From Paraspadella gotoi (taxonomy: Eukaryota; Animalia; Chaetognatha): DNA of 64,000 nt. The notes beneath the pieces are model-generated. The model made no database searches, was not told the DNA's origin, and saw nothing but the letters and a program-made list of their open reading frames with translations. Below are positions 12,630 to 29,529 of the stretch, in pieces (positions within the stretch are counted from its first letter, which is position 1; the number at the start of each line of letters is the position of its first letter). The position numbers were made by a program, and so were the translations under genes. The stretch spans positions 2,104,481 through 2,168,480 of the forward strand of contig CM119264.1 of the NCBI GenBank assembly GCA_051294375.1, given 5' to 3'.

Positions 12630-15600
12630 ATGATCATGAAGAAGATGCGTGTCAGCGTTTCCGTCGACTGGTCTCTGCCCAGGATCTTTGGGTGAGGAAA
12701 ATCCCTCTGGGGGTGAGGGCTTCGCGAGGGCTTGTCCCGGCCTGTCCGGGACGCCCTTGGTTCTGATCCGACCCAAGAAGAATCCTTAAGTCAACGACCG
12801 ATGGGCGCTGGATTTGGGGGGGGGGGATGATGTCACTGGTTTTTGCCAAAAGAAGAACCAAAGAAAAATCTGTGTTTGTTCTCCTTTATTTTGGGATCGC
12901 GGAGCCAGGACTATTTTCTTGGCAAATGCTATTTAAAGAAACATCCTCCATCTTCCTCTGTTTGCCAAATCAAAAGACTTGATAAACAAAGAAGATTAGG
13001 AGATCAGTAAAGGGGATTTAAAAGGAAACAATACAATAAGTCGCCAAATGTTTTTCTCTTGTTGTCGTAAATCGAATAAATACTGAAGAATAATGTACCG
13101 TGTGAACTGCGTTGAAATTTCATGCCAAAGGTTTTTTTAAATATCCCATGGAAACGGGTTTTTTTTTTTCATTTTTAAAATTACTATTATAAACGCCCAA
13201 CTAATACATAAAACCTTAATTATTCAATCTGGTCAGAATGAAAATTTTTGAGGATTAATTTTTAAAATTTTTTATTATCCATTATCCATAGTATTATCCA
13301 TTATCCATACGTGTTTTTAGCAATGGTTATATTTTTCTATTTTTCTCCACTAAAAACATCAAACTTTCTCTTTTTCAGGAAGGGGCGGCGAAAGGCGGAC
13401 AAGGACCCCCCGACCCCGGATGGCACCCCCGGGCCCCCTTACCTCGAGCCTTCGGGGGCGCGGCTGCGGCTGCACTTCGCCACGCCCACTCTGCTTCCTG
13501 CCTACGTCCGTCTTCCTCAGGGGGTCGACCTTGACGAGTGGTTGGCCACTCACAGTGAGTGTCGGGACTGGTGGGGGTGACGACTGACGATTGGTGGGGA
13601 TGTTGGAGTGTGGTGTGAACCGTGAATGGATGGGAGTGCAGACTGACGATTGTGGTGGATGTTGGAATGTGGTGTGAACCGTGAATGGATGGGAGTGACG
13701 ACTGACGATTGTGGGGATGTTGGAATGTGGTGTGAACCGTGAATGGATGGGAGTGACGACTGACGATTGGTGGGGATGTGGAGTGTGGTGTGAACCGGAA
13801 TGGATGGGAGTGACGACTGACGATTGGTGGGGATGTTGGAGTGTGTGTGAACCGTGAATGGATGGGAGTGACGACTGAGATTGGTGGGGATGTTGGAGTG
13901 TGGTGTGAACCGTGAATGGATGGGAGTGACGACTGACGATTGGTGGGGATGTTGGAGTGTGGTGTGAACCGTGAATGGATGGAGTGACGACTGACGATTG
14001 GTGGGGATGTTGGAGTGTGGTGTGAACCGTGAATGGATGGGAGTGACGACTGACGATTGGTGGGGATGTTGGAGTGTGTGTGAACCGTGAATGGATGGGA
14101 GTGACGACTGACGATTGGTGGGGATGTTGGAATGTGTGTGTGACCGTGAATGGATGGAGTGACGACTGACGATGTGTGGGATGTTGGAGTGTGGTGGAAC
14201 CGTGAATGGATGGGAGTGACGACTGACGAGTGAAGAGGTATTCCTTAAGCGAGGGTGGTTAAGAAGCTGCGTTTTTGAAGAGAAAATGCGGCTTCAAATC
14301 TTTTGGATTTTATAAAGTTATGTTCCTTGAATTTATAATTTTATCATCATAATAATAATAATAAATAATCTGGAAATAAAATATGAGAACAAGAGAATAA
14401 AGACTAAAGTGAAAATAAGATTTTCTCGCTTCTTTCTTCCATCAGCGATATCATTTTTCGAACACGTTAATCTGGTGTACAGTTGCCTTTCGGAGTATTG
14501 CACCGTCGCGGATTGTTCCAGTATGACAGGACCTCAACAAAGGTAAATTTTATGGCCTTATGAGGAAAAGAAAGAAAGAAATAAAGAAAGAAAGAAAGAA
14601 AGAAAGATTTTTTTTGAATGATTAACATAATCCAACCAAGATATAAAGTTAAAGAAGCTTTCTAAATTGAAATAGATATTTTATCAAATAAATAAAATAA
14701 CGAAAGCCAATCGTCCTCCTTCTCAGCCAATATCATTGGATCGACGAGAAGGGTAAAAAGTTCAAATACCCGGCGCCGAGATACGTCGACTTCGTCATGA
14801 GTTTCATTCACAAGATGATCTCGGACGAGTCTATCTTCCCTACCAAGTACGGTAAGTCCTCTCGAGGGGTAAGGGGTTTTTGTGCAGACGCCGATGGCCC
14901 CCTTTTATTGGCTTCTTCCTCCGGGCTGATTTTTCGTATACAGCGAGACTCGGTTGTATCGACGACGTGAGCAATAAATGGATTCTCTGGTGAATCGTTT
15001 CTCCGATTTCCAACTTTTGGTCACCGAGAGAAAGAGATTCGATTCTGGTCTCAACTAAATCGATATTCGATAAGATTTTCGATCCGCTAATAAAAACGAA
15101 TGTCTTGGAACGATTGTCTCCGCTCGTTAAATGATTTTTATCTTTTATCTGTTGGACCGACGAACCGCACTGACCGCAATCTACATTACCTTCTCGACCC
15201 CTCCTCTTTACCGACGCAGGCAACACTTTTCCCCCGACGTTTTTGGCGCTGATCAAGAAGGCGTGGCGCTACTTGTTCCACGTGATGGCGCACATGTACG
15301 CCGCTCACTTCGTCGAAATCCGAAGCCTCGATCTCCATCCTCATTTTCACACGCTCTTTGTGCATTTCAGGTGAGAATCAAGGAAATATATATTTACATT
15401 AAAATAGTAGTGTGAGGGATTTCCATGGGCACATTTCTTCAATTATTTCATAGTCTATAATTATGTGAATTTGATCGTATTTTAAAAAAAATAATGATAT
15501 GCAAATGAGGTTTTGAATGAGGCTAATAGAAAACGAATGATCGAGTCATAGGTGAATGGCAACTTATTTATTAATTGATATTTTTACCGGCAAAGAGTTT

Positions 15601-17059
15601 GTCAATCACTTTAGTGATTTACTTAACCCCTGAAATTGAAATTTTAATCATATATAATACATCGAAACAAAAATAATATTATTTTGATTAAAAAAATATT
15701 TTTGCAAGTAGCAAAATGTTATTAATGCCGCAGTAACAGTTCAGTTTAAGCCCTTGAAAGTGATTTACATATATTAGCGCAGCCACTGGTTTTCCAGGAC
15801 GTTGACTCAGCCTCGACTCAAGGTCTTCATTAATCAAAAGTCGCCTCGAGGTTTATTCTTTTCTCTTCCCTCCCCGTTGTCATTACGAGATAAAAAAAAT
15901 GTTTAAAATACGATTAAATTTATCTTTCTTTTCTTTCTTCAATTAGTTAATAGCTCATTGTTTCGTTAATTGAGACTTTTTTTGCCATACAAAAATACAA
16001 ATAAAAGAAAAATACAACAATGGAACAAAAACCAACCAAATCTTGTCTCAACCTAACATTAACAAAACATTCCTCCCTTAAAATCTCATTACATCCGGTT
16101 CTCCCTCTTTTTCCCGTATGCAGCGTCTTCAACAAAGAGTTCGGTTTGGTGGAGGAGGAAGAGACGCGGGTGCTCGACGACCTCTTGGATCTGCTGCTGA
16201 GCGAAGGTCTCTCCGGTTCGTCCCCTGTCCTCTCGACGAGCCAGTCCGACGGCGCTCTCAACAGCAGGAGCAGGTGCTGCAGTTGGCGGACGACGCCGCG
16301 GTGGAAATTTTGTCAATTTTGTCAAGACTTCGTATTGTCTTAAAAATAGTAAAAATTATCTCTTCATGATGGTTGAGATTGAGATAATGAAAATAGTTTT
16401 TCTTTTTTAATCATTTATCGTCAAATTGTAATGAGCCTTTCATTTCTTTTCCATCCAGGTCGGAAGAGGCGCTGCTTGGCAGCGGCAGCGCCGGCGCCCT
16501 GAGTCTGCCGCCGTCGAGTCCTCCGCCCGTCTCCCTCCACACGGGCGCCGTCGACTCAAGGGGCGACGCCCGAGGCGCCGACGCCGCGCCACGCCTTTCG
16601 CCTTGCCCTGGCGCCGCGGCGCCTTGCCATCCCGACCCGCCACGTCCTCACCCCGCCGCCGCCCTCGCCGCCGTCCCTTCCTCCGCTCTTCATCCCAACC
16701 TCCCTCCCCCCTCGGAAATAGGGGCCTCGCCCTTCGCCGCCCACCGCGGCCTTCCCTCTCCCCACGCCCGCTCCAACTCGGGCGGCACCACCGCCAGTTC
16801 TTCCAAGAGTCGCTCCTCCAGCGGGCATTCCGTGTCGGGCAGCGGCGCTGCGGCGAATCCGCTGGCGCCCGGCGGCCTGCTGCCGCTGAGCCTCCTTCCC
16901 GACGACGACGCCGTCGAAGACAAAGAAAACTTTTCCCCGATCGAAGATCTTGACGTCTCCGCCGACGGACTTCCCGGAGTAGAGAGCATGGACGTCACGC
17001 TCTCCGCTGCGGCAGCGGCGGCAGGAGGAGCGGGACCCGGCGGAGACGCTGACGACTGA
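12630..17059 (+). CDS. MOB2: MOB kinase activator 2 (MOB2-like), 7 exons: 12630-12691, 13379-13554, 14446-14542, 14727-14851, 15220-15370, 16124-16273, 16459-17059; ~453 aa
   Basis: Spliced translation gives MOB-family motifs VRLPQGVDLDEWLATHTISFFEHVNLVYSCLSEYCT, WIDEKGKK..APRYVDFVM, DESIFPTKYG, YLFHVMAHMYAAHF, HFSVFNKEFGLV. GKGRRK and FPTKYG favour MOB2 over MOB1. All junctions are GT-AG and phase-consistent. Confidence 0.88.
13576..14230. repeat. ~59-bp minisatellite, about 11 copies, in MOB2 intron 2
   Basis: Unit GGGAGTGACGACTGACGATTGGTGGGGATGTTGGAGTGTGGTGTGAACCGTGAATGGAT repeated in tandem with no unique spacers. Confidence 0.95.
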
Positions 17060-17140
17060 TTGGCGAAGGAAAAGAGGGAAGCGGGGAAGTGGAAGGGTGA
17101 CCTCCGAAGAGGGTTTATCTAATGAGTAGCATTGTTTTTG

Positions 17141-17217
<77 letters not shown>

Positions 17218-17666
17218 TTACCCTCCTCTCCTAAATTCTAAAAAAAAACCCCGGTTAATCCTTAAACAATAAGCCTATCATCATTCTTATCGCGTTAACA
17301 CCACAAACGACAACAATTACAGCGACAGCGACATCTACTGTTCGACGTCAACGCTTTGACGTGCGACGACAACGATCAATAACGACATCTACCTTTTTTT
17401 ATATCAACACTGGATCTCCTCGGTCTCTCTAATCCACAACAGCAACTCTTTATTATTATTTTTTTTTTTTCAAATAGTTTTATCGAGACTTAGTTTCGCG
17501 TGTGTGACGGATCGGAAGGCGACGAAGACAAATCTCGCGATAGGCAGCGCCGGCGAGTTTTGGTTCCTCCTCGCATTTCCTTCATTCTTTAACTTATTTC
17601 TTCTCCTCCTCTCATCTCTCTCCTCTCTCTCCTCCTCTCTCTCTCTCTCTCCTCTCTCTTCTCCTC

Positions 17667-17702
<36 letters not shown>

Positions 17703-18705
17703 CTCCCTTTCCTTCCCCCTACACCTCCCCCGCCCCTCCGATCCCGCTTGTTTGTTCCTATTTATTATAATATCTTTTGTTTGGTTTTTTTTATATATAT
17801 ATTTTCGAAGCCTGACGAGCTTCCAAAGTGAAAAAAATCTGATTTTTTTATCATTTAATTGATATTTAGGGAATTGATTCTTTTTTTTTCCTCGCGCGTT
17901 TTTATTATTAATCTCTTCTCAGGTTACAAGTGTCGGTTTTTTCTTTTAGCATCAAGTAGCCAATTTCTTCCCGAATTTTAATCTCGTTTGGGGGTCGAAA
18001 AAAAAAGAAGAAAGATGAAAATAATACGAAAGTGGGAGAGGACAAATTTTTAAAAAATGGTCTGGATTTTTTGTCTCTTTTTTTTAACTTGTTAATCGTC
18101 CAAGTTTGTAGTAGATTTCGGGAAAAAAAAACAACTTTTTTTTCTCTTTTTTCCTCGATTTGTTTTTAACCAATATTTGGTTTCGCCTCACGAATAATTT
18201 TTGACAGAAAATACAAAGTTAATATCTTGCTAATGACAGCTAATGATGTCTCGTCCGACAGTTACCAAATCACGCCTAATAAAGAATCCTTATTCAATCT
18301 TTGTCCTTTTTTATTTCTATTGTATTGAGGATCAATAACTGAATTAGGAAAATGCTCGACAAATGTTATGGAGATAGTTTTGCTTTTATTAGCTAGTATT
18401 TATTGATTCGAGTAAACAAAATATAAGAAAGAGTTATTAAAAAGTAATTTTGTAATCACGCAAGTAATTTTTTAAAATCATTTATGCTGATTTTGAAAAA
18501 AGGAAGACAATGCTTTCAATTAACAGATATTTTTTTTCTTTTTCGTTAGTCGGTATATACTATATTTTTTAATATTTTACATAACTGAAGAAAGTTATTT
18601 TGTTTTTATTACATTTTATTCCCGTAATATACTCAAACGGATAACGAAAAAATCGTTAAAAAACAAAAGTCAGTTCGGGGTCTGGTTTCTATTTCTCGAT
18701 GTTGG

Positions 18706-18719
18706 GTTGCTATGGACGC
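18706..18719 (+). promoter_or_regulatory. Putative RFX X-box upstream of DLEC1
   Basis: GTTGCTATGGACGC resembles the X-box consensus GTTGCYATGGNAAC and lies ~250 bp before the ATG of a ciliary gene. Confidence 0.5.
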
Positions 18720-18964
18720 TAAACCGAAACTTTTATGAGCCTTACAAATAATAAATAACAGATACAAATAATTTTTTAATCATTTTAAATTCGAAAAAAA
18801 ATCAATTCATTAGTATATTAATAAGTTACTCAGGTAATATTATTTTGTTCGTTGATTGTTCTAAAATTTTGAAAATTAAAAAAAAATACCAATAATAAAA
18901 TATATGGAGATGAATTTGAGAAGAGAATCCGAAAAAAACTAAGAAAAACGCATCGAGCCGCAGA

Positions 18965-21900
18965 ATGAATGACGCCATTCCGACGGAAGTCGGGTCGGCC
19001 CCAGGTTCGGTGGGCGCCGCCCGCGCTCGGGGTGCCGCTTCGGAAACGTCCTGCCATTCAGCGTCATCCTACACTCGCCCTCAGGGGGCGGAGCCGCCGA
19101 TGTACCTTCAAAGGCCCTCGTCTCCTAAGTCTCAGGTTTGGGGCTAAATATATAAACATAATGATGGAGGCCTAAAATCACTATAGCCTGTCCAGAGTAA
19201 GGGGCAAGATAGCTTATTTATTTAAATTTAAATGAATGGATCATTTTATATTGGTTGTACCAATTTCATAAATACTAAAGAGTAATAATTATAAATGAAT
19301 CTTTCTTGTAAAAAAAATCCTACTTCAAATAATTTAGGGTTTCTGTTTTTGAAACACTAAATTGACTAAAATAATATCGAGATTTCTCCATCCCAGTAAT
19401 TTGAAAACTTTAATCAATTAATCTGAGAACTTGGTCCGAGTTAATTGCCATATCAACCCGCCCTCCACCGCCGCCACATCCACCCAACCCCCAACACAGG
19501 ACATCGCCCACGTTCTCGCCCGCACTTTCCGTCAAGTCTTCACCCGCGATCCACTCGAACCCGAAGTCGTCAAAAACCTCACCGTCTCCCGAGGAGGAAA
19601 CGACGCTTACCACGAAAAGTATGTCGAGAAGCTGCGTCTCGTTCAGGAGGAACGCGAGCGCCGCCTGGACGCAACGAGGATGCTAGAACGTCACATAACG
19701 CAAGCGCAGGCACAGGCGCTGCTCGAGACGGGCGCCGGTAAAGATGGCGACGAAGAATCGACGGCAGAGGGCGGTGTCGGCCGCGGGAGCGGCGGTGGCG
19801 GTAAATACGTGACTTACCTTGACAGCCAACTCTTGCGCGAGCACGGCCTCGTGGCGCCCGATGACTTTCTCTTGCGCGGACGAGATCCGGGTCAGCGGCC
19901 ACGGCCCCCGGATGTGCCTCACTACGCGACGACGACGACGACGAAAAACGTTTATCGCGAAAAACAAATGAACAAAGTTGAGAAAAGGAGAAGGAAGAAG
20001 AAAACAGTGGAGATGGTGACAGTCTCAAAAAAGTTTTGGGATGAACAATTGAAGCCGTTCGAGAGAGAACAGGTGGGGAAAAATGTAAAGCTATTGAATT
20101 AAAAGCTAATGAATAACATAAAAATAATAGGTCATTAAGGTATATAGTCTTCGTAAAGTAGCTGTAAAAAAGTTTTGGACGCTTTTTGATTGGCAGGATG
20201 TTTAAATTTCTGATACTGATTGTAATACATTTTTTTTCTTATGGCAAAAACAGATTTAATTAATTCATTGCATGCACCAGAAGAATTGTAATATACGGAG
20301 AAATAAAGAATAAACAATAAAGAAAATATAAATTTCTTTCTTCCAGGAACGCAACGCCCTCCAACGGCTCAACACTCGCCTCAACCATCTCAAAAATCCT
20401 CGCTTCCTTCCGATCGGCGACTCAACCGGCGCCAAAACGCTCGCCAAGGCGCCTCTGACGATGCCGACCGACGACGCCGCCATCTTCGTTGCGACGCCGT
20501 CTGAGATTCTCTTTCACGATTTCGTGGTCGGACGCGTCTACGAGTCCGTCTTAGAACTGAAGAACATCTCGTCGTCTCTACGTCCCGTTCGCGTCGTTCC
20601 TCCATCCACGCCGCACTTCGCCGTTGGACTCGGACGATTCCCCAGCGATCAAGGTCTCGTTGCTCCAGGGATGAACTGCTACTTCACTGTCCGCTTCGCC
20701 CCCGACTGCTTGGCCAACTTCGACGATCGCCTCCTTGTCCACTTGCAGTCCCTGGAGCCTCTCGTGGTCCCCCTCAAGGGTCGGAGGACGCCGCCGAAAC
20801 TCGCCGTGCCGTCCTCTCTGGATCTCGACGAATGCCTGGCGGGCGGCTGCAAAATCGTCCGGGTTCCCGTTCGCAACTTCGGCGGTCATGGCCGGTTCTG
20901 CGTCGTGCCCTTCTCCCAGTGGCCGACGACCAACTTCAAGAGCATCGTCTCCTCGCGGGCGGGATTCGTCAACTTGGCGCCGTTCGAAGTCTCGCCGGCG
21001 TTGTTCGAACTCTGTCCGGAAGAGGTCATCACGCTCGAAGTTCGATTCCGCCCAGAGACCGTCGGCGACTTTGTCCGCAAGATGACGCTCGTCTGCGACA
21101 ACTGCACTGTCAAACACTATGAGATCCGGGGAAGGGGCGTGGCCATTTCCGTCGAATTGGCCGAGGCGGAGGGCGGCTTCGTCGAGGCGGATTTGGGCGA
21201 GATCTGCGACGCGGGCGAACCGCCGCTGATGAAGTTGAACAGCGTAAATCCGCAGGAGACGACGCGGCGGCGCATCGCGTTTCGCAACGATCGAAAGGTG
21301 GCGCTGCCTTTTGAGTGGAGAGTGATGAAGCCGCATTTGGCGACGCCGGATCCGGAGAAAGTGGCGAGTCGCGGCGCCACGAGAATGAGCAGTCGCGTTG
21401 GCAGCAAAAGCAGCGCCCGGTCGAGAAGGTCACGAGGCGGCGCCGATTCGCTCGTCGGTGCAGAGGCCGCGACAGCGTCGCCGCAGCCACCAGCGTCTCG
21501 ACCGACATCGACCCGACAGTCGGGAAGACTCAGCGTCGGTTCCAATCGAGGAGACTCTGCGCCGGCCATCGGAACCCGGCAATTATCCGCGGCCACCGCC
21601 AAATCCGACAGACAATCTACGCCGGGCCAGAGGGCGCTCTCAGCGGAGATCGAGGCTCCTGGTTCGCGAGGAGAGACGCCGCTTCAAGGACAGCGAGGCG
21701 GGTCGGCGATCAGCGGCGAATCGCGCCGCGAGGGTAAAGATGAAGCGGCGGAGGAAGAACCTAAGACGCTGGCGCCGGCGCTGCCGATCGAGCGCCATCT
21801 AGATCCGGAATCGCCTTTCGAAGTCTGCCCCGCCGCTGGCGTTCTGGCTCCCGACGCCGAGACAGAGTTTTTCGTGACTTTTTCACCGTCCACCGTCGGA

Positions 21901-24900
21901 GCTTTTCATAACGTGGTGGAACTGGTGCTTCAATGCGTCCCCGCCGACGACGACGACGATAACGACGATGAAGACGACGAACCTTCGGCCGAAGGAACTC
22001 ACGGCGTCAACAACAGCACTCCGCTGCCTCAGCAGCTCGCCCCGGCCCCGCCGCCGGCGCAGCATGACGCCGAGAAGGAAGAAGAGATCGATTCGCCGCC
22101 GAGTCTTTCCGACTTTTTCTCGACGGGACCCAAAAGCGGAGAGGATCTCAGGTTGAAGGAACTCCGCGTCTTCGAGATGGAAGTCAAGGGCGTGGCCGAG
22201 GCGCTCAACGTCATCTCGCAGCCTTACGCCGTCCTGGTCCCGGGCCAGATCCTCATGGGAACAACGGAGCGGAAGTCGCTGCGACTGGTCAATCAGAGCG
22301 TCTCAGCCGTTGACTTCGAATGGAGTCACGTGCACGATCAGCACATCCTGGAGGTAGAACCGCCTAATGGGCGAATCGATGCGAGCTCCTCCTTCGAGTG
22401 TCGCGTCAGCATCACCGGCTGCATCCCCGGTCAACTCCGCGCCACGCTGCGATGCGACGTCGAGAGAATGGACGAACCAATCCTCGTTCCCGTCGAGGCT
22501 TTGGTCAAAGGACCTCAGATCGTCATTCAGAATCCCAGCCTCGATTTCGGCCTCATTTGCATCGGAGACAAAGGATCAAGCGAATTGACGATTTACAATT
22601 CGAGCCATCTGCCGGCCAAGTGGCGAATCAGGGAGATAGAGAAGGAAGTGGCAGAAAGATGTTCGGGTTCGAGTCCCGACGATACGAAAGATCCTTCGCC
22701 TTCGAGCAGCGTCGGCAGCGACGCGTCCTCCGTCGTGTCCGTCATCCACAACGACTCTTACGACTTTTTCTTCGATCCGGGAGAGGGCGTTCTCAATTCC
22801 CTCAGCGAGACGACGATACGCGTGACCTTTGACCCGCATCATTGTCAGACGGTCGACTCCAAGTTCGAAATCCTCGTCGAGGATGTCGAGGAATATGCGA
22901 TCCTCGTTCGCGCAGAGGTGCAGCACCCGAAGGTCTGTCTCCTCAATTGCGAGACTCGAATTCCATTGGCCTTCGTCGGCGTGGCGACTTCAGCCGAGAT
23001 CTCTCTGCTCAACATGACGATGTTGCCGACCAGGTTTGCCTGGGCGTCGGTGGAGGGTGGGTGGGAGGATGTGGTCGACGTCTCGGTGGAACCGGCGGAG
23101 GGGGAGATCGGTCCGCGGGAGCAACGACGATTGACTCTTCACTTTCTCTCTCATTCGGTCGGCCCGCTGTCCGACATTCGTATCTCGTGTCACGTGGACG
23201 GAATGGGCAAACCGGTCTGTCTCTCTCTCGGCGCCAACGTCGAGGGTCTCCGTGTTACCATGACGACCGGCGACGGAGACGAGCCGGGCATTCCGATCTT
23301 CGACGACGCCGCCGACGCCGCCGTCGCCGTCGATTTTGGCGCCGCCTGTAAACTCGGCGCCACCGTAAAGCGTTTTCTCTGGATTCGAAACGAAACTGGC
23401 ATCGCGGCGCCATTTTCCGTCGAGGTGGAACATTTCCGCGCCAGCAGCAAACAAACGCTGGCGGAAGTGACGCCTCCGCCCGCGACGCCCATTCGATCTA
23501 CGACGAGGACTTCCCTCGGCATCGTCGTCACGAGATCCGCGTCGCGACCGGCGTTGGAACGGACGGCCAACTTGGGAGATCCCAAGAGCAAGACGAAGAA
23601 AAAGGCTTACGAGGATCTGTGTCGCGACGCCTTGAAACTAGGTCACGGACTCGCCGTTCAAGTGACGCCGGAGACGGGAACCCTACGGCCCTACGCCGAG
23701 CAATGCATCGAACTCACGGCCTACAACGACATGTGGGGATCTTACTCTGACAACGTCGTCGTACGTGTGGGCAATCTCCCTCCGCGTTCGATCCCTCTCC
23801 GAGTCATGGTCGTCGGTTGTCCGCTCAACTTTCAAATGACCGCGGCCATCGGCGACATCGTGCCCGTCGTCCGATTCGGCGGACACGTCAGCGGCGGCCG
23901 CGCCATCCAGCGGCAGATGCGCATCAACAACACTTCGCCGTTTCCTATTCGCATCGATTGGGAAACGTTTAACGTTCATCCGCAAGACGACCAACTGCTG
24001 GATATGGTGGTCGTCATGGGCCACGCATTTCCGCTTAGAGACGAGGCCGGCGAGGAGATAGTTCCTCCCACTCCGGCGCCCACTTCCGTCGCGCCCACTT
24101 CCGGCAAAACAAGAAAGTCTCTCAATCGGAGGTCGGACGCCGGAAGTCTCCCACTGCCAGACGTGATCGAGGAAGAGGCGGAGTTGGCGGCGTCTCCACC
24201 ACCTCCGCAGCAACCGCCGCAGCTGCACGTCGTCGGTGACCCGGTCAGCCCGGACGTGACGAGTCGAGAAGGCAGCGGAAATCATGGCAACCGGGGACGC
24301 TTCGCTCGCAGCGCGTCGACAAGATCGAGGGGTCGAACGCGGGAAAACTTTATCAGCGTCGTCATGAAATGTCACGAAGGCGTGAGGTCGACAGTTCCCT
24401 TTGATGTTCATCCCAAGCAGCTTGTCATCGGCGGTCACGCATCGCTCTTTATTCAGGTTCGTAATACTTACTAAAATTATTACATTCGAACAATACTATC
24501 ATTTAACCGATTTGATTTATTTTTAAGCTAACCAAACTGATAGTGATAGGTTTTTAACCGCACTGCAGTGATTTTTAGAGCGAGTCTCAAGATAATTATC
24601 GTAAGTACATTTTTATTTGTTAATTTTATTATACGATTTTATTCAGGTGTCTTTCGATCCGTCTTTCCAAAATCAAAATCTCGAATCGGACCTCGAATGC
24701 AAGGGTAACCTAATTTTAATATTTTATTAAATATAATGATACTAATAATTTCTGCATAGTGATAGCGAATCACCTACTTTCACTCAGGTTACGCGTTGGG
24801 CTTCTTAAGCCTTGACGACAATGTCGCCAGTGTCCCCGGCAAAGTTGACAGATCGCAGGTAAATCTCCTCAATGGATCCCGTCACAGAAAATAGCTTTTC

Positions 24901-25895
24901 AGGCTTTAATTTAAAGCTATATGGTGTATTCTTAATTACTTATACTACAGGGCCACGACATGACTCCTCTCCGTCTCGACATGACGGCCAACGTCCGCCC
25001 GGCATCGCTTCGCGTTGAAATCTCCAACGACGACGGTCTGGCCTTCAACGCCCTCATGTCGGAGCTGCTTCCGCCGCCCTCTGATCCATCGGACGAACTG
25101 CGGTCCTTTTGCGGCGTCCGACGGCACCGTAGCGACTTCAACCTCAGCAATCATCAGGATTCAGTCCTTCAATTCGAGATCTCTCTCCCCGATCCTTTTT
25201 TCATCGCCACTTTTGACCCAAAGAGAAAGAAATCCTCCGCAGCCTCAGCCGCCGCCGCTGCCGCCGCCGCAGGCGGATCTTCGGCCAAATCTCGCAAGTA
25301 CGGGTTGCGTCCGTCGGAAAACGTTCAAGTCGCCGTCGGGTTTGAGATGAAGGAAGAGATTTTGAAAATCGCCGAAAGATTAAAAAGAGAAAAGGAAGAG
25401 GGAGAACCGTCCGCTCCCGACGGCTACCGTCTCGACGGAGCAGCGACGGAGCAGCGGCTCCTCATCGACAAATTCGCCAGCATCCTCTTCGACAACGGAA
25501 ACGTCCAACGAGTCCCCGTCCGCTGCGTCGTTCATCTCCCGAGGCTGGAACTTTCCGCGGATCGAATCGACTTTGGCGCATCCTTCGTCGAACAAGATTG
25601 CGAGGCGGAGGTTGTGCTGAGCAATCGGAGCCACTGCGACTCGGAGTGGCGCGTCACGAGGGTCGGGAGTGACGATGACGACGCTTTCGACGTGACGCCG
25701 AAAAGCGGACGACTTCTTTCCTTCGTCAGGGAGAGAAACTTTCAAACTCATCTGCGTTTTTCGTTCCGCGCGTCGGCAGCGCGAAGCTACGAGCGCCTCT
25801 TTCGTGTGGACGGGAGTTTGGGGGAGGAGACGCTCTACGTTAGGGTCATGGGGAAGGGAACGATGGACGAAGCTAATTTGGCGCTTTTTCAATAG
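18965..25895 (+). CDS. DLEC1: DLEC1/CFAP81 (ASH/Hydin-type Ig-like repeat ciliary protein), 6 exons: 18965-19135, 19500-20072, 20347-24456, 24647-24704, 24788-24858, 24951-25895; ~1975 aa
   Basis: Motifs HLKNPRF, F.ATPSEI.F.DF.VGRVYE..LEL.N, GLVAPGMNCYFTVRFAPD, KMTLVCDNC, AYNDMWGSYSD, VRFGGHVSG, GYALGFLSLD match my recollection of DLEC1. Exons join in frame. Confidence 0.85.
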
Positions 25896-26414
25896 GAGTC
25901 AAAAGACTAGGGGATTCCTATACCCGTAGATTCGGTAGAATGATTGAGAAATAAATTTAATAGTCATCTATCCAAAAACTACTTATAATTTAATTAAAAA
26001 TATTTAACAATGAAACAAAAATTACGATTCAAAAGACGATTTAGGAATCACAAGAGCGAAAGAAGCATTTGACTAGTAATTTTTTCTATATGCGAAGTGA
26101 TACATAATTTTCAATCACGTAAACAACCAAACGTCCAAAAGTAGTTTGATATTGGTTGTACCAATTTAATAGAGAGAAATGTATTTAAGTAGTACTTGTG
26201 CTACTAGTAGTAAAAAACAGAAACATTTTAAACATTTTAAAATTAACAAATCTACGCATCTATTTATTTTATATAAAGATTTTGTGCGGTATTCCCCTTG
26301 TCAGGAAAAAATAAATATGTGAATCAAAAATTATAATAAATGACATTAAATGCAGCAAATAAAAAGGGAAATTAATGTAAATTCGTGATAGTGATGAATG
26401 TCGCAAGAGCCTTC

Positions 26415-28679
<2,265 letters not shown>

Positions 28680-29053
28680 GGCGAAAATTTATCGGCGAGA
28701 TTAATTTTGAGATTTAGAATGATTTGGTCACGCGAGTCTTTCGAAAAAAAGGGAAAGTCTTCGCGGCATTTTCTTTGAAAAGATATAAAAGATAAAACCC
28801 TAAAGAACAAAAAGTTATTAGATTCGTAGGATTTGTGTAGATTTGAGATTAACCGTTAATTGTGATCTCCCGATGTCGAATGATTACGAAGCGACGGCGC
28901 GGAAACGACTCGACCGCATTCGAAGGCGAGGAAACCGGTTTCGAACTCACTCTTCGCTGCGCAGGTGAGGGACAGGAAATTCCCAAGCGGAACCGGAGAT
29001 CGAATGGGCGAGAAAAAAAAAAGAAGAGAGAGAGAGACGAGAGAGAAGAGAGG

Positions 29054-29117
<64 letters not shown>

Positions 29118-29529
29118 GTATCGATTCTCGAACTAATTGCATAGATCTAAGTCGAAGCTGGACGTAAAAATTATAATTTAACGTAATCAGAGGACGAAAT
29201 AATTACACAGATCGAGTCGACAGTTCGGAAAAACGCAAAATGACTTTTACAATAAAAGCGAAACTAGCTTTTCCAAAGCAAATAAAAAAGTTATTTAGCT
29301 GGAGACGAATTGAATTCATCATTTAACTCATTATTTGCCGAAAATAAAATAGACTATACTACTCTAAAGATTTTTGTGTTAAAATGTACAACGTAACTCC
29401 GTAAATTGACGGAGAGCTAAATTAAAACAAATCTATTCCGAAATAAGGACAATGTGAAATGCAAATATGGCAACAAGTAATAACAGCAAGTGTAATTATG
29501 ATAATCATGGAATAATCTTGCAAGTTAAA

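Noticed and set aside
8105-12695. Many SLSLSL / RERERE ORFs
   Set aside because: Products of (CT)n/(AG)n microsatellites.
13576-14230. Regular ~59-bp array resembling CRISPR
   Set aside because: Units are wholly repeated with no unique spacers, there are no cas genes, and it lies in a eukaryotic intron: a minisatellite.
17812-17850. CTGACGA-GCTT..AAGT-GAAA hammerhead-like core in the MOB2 3' region
   Set aside because: No stem I pairing could be found, and stem III would be only A/T runs; likely chance.
20578-24438. Long antisense and alternate-frame ORFs over DLEC1 (similar ones over the kinesin and Y-box exons)
   Set aside because: Expected shadows of GC-rich coding sequence with no motifs of their own.
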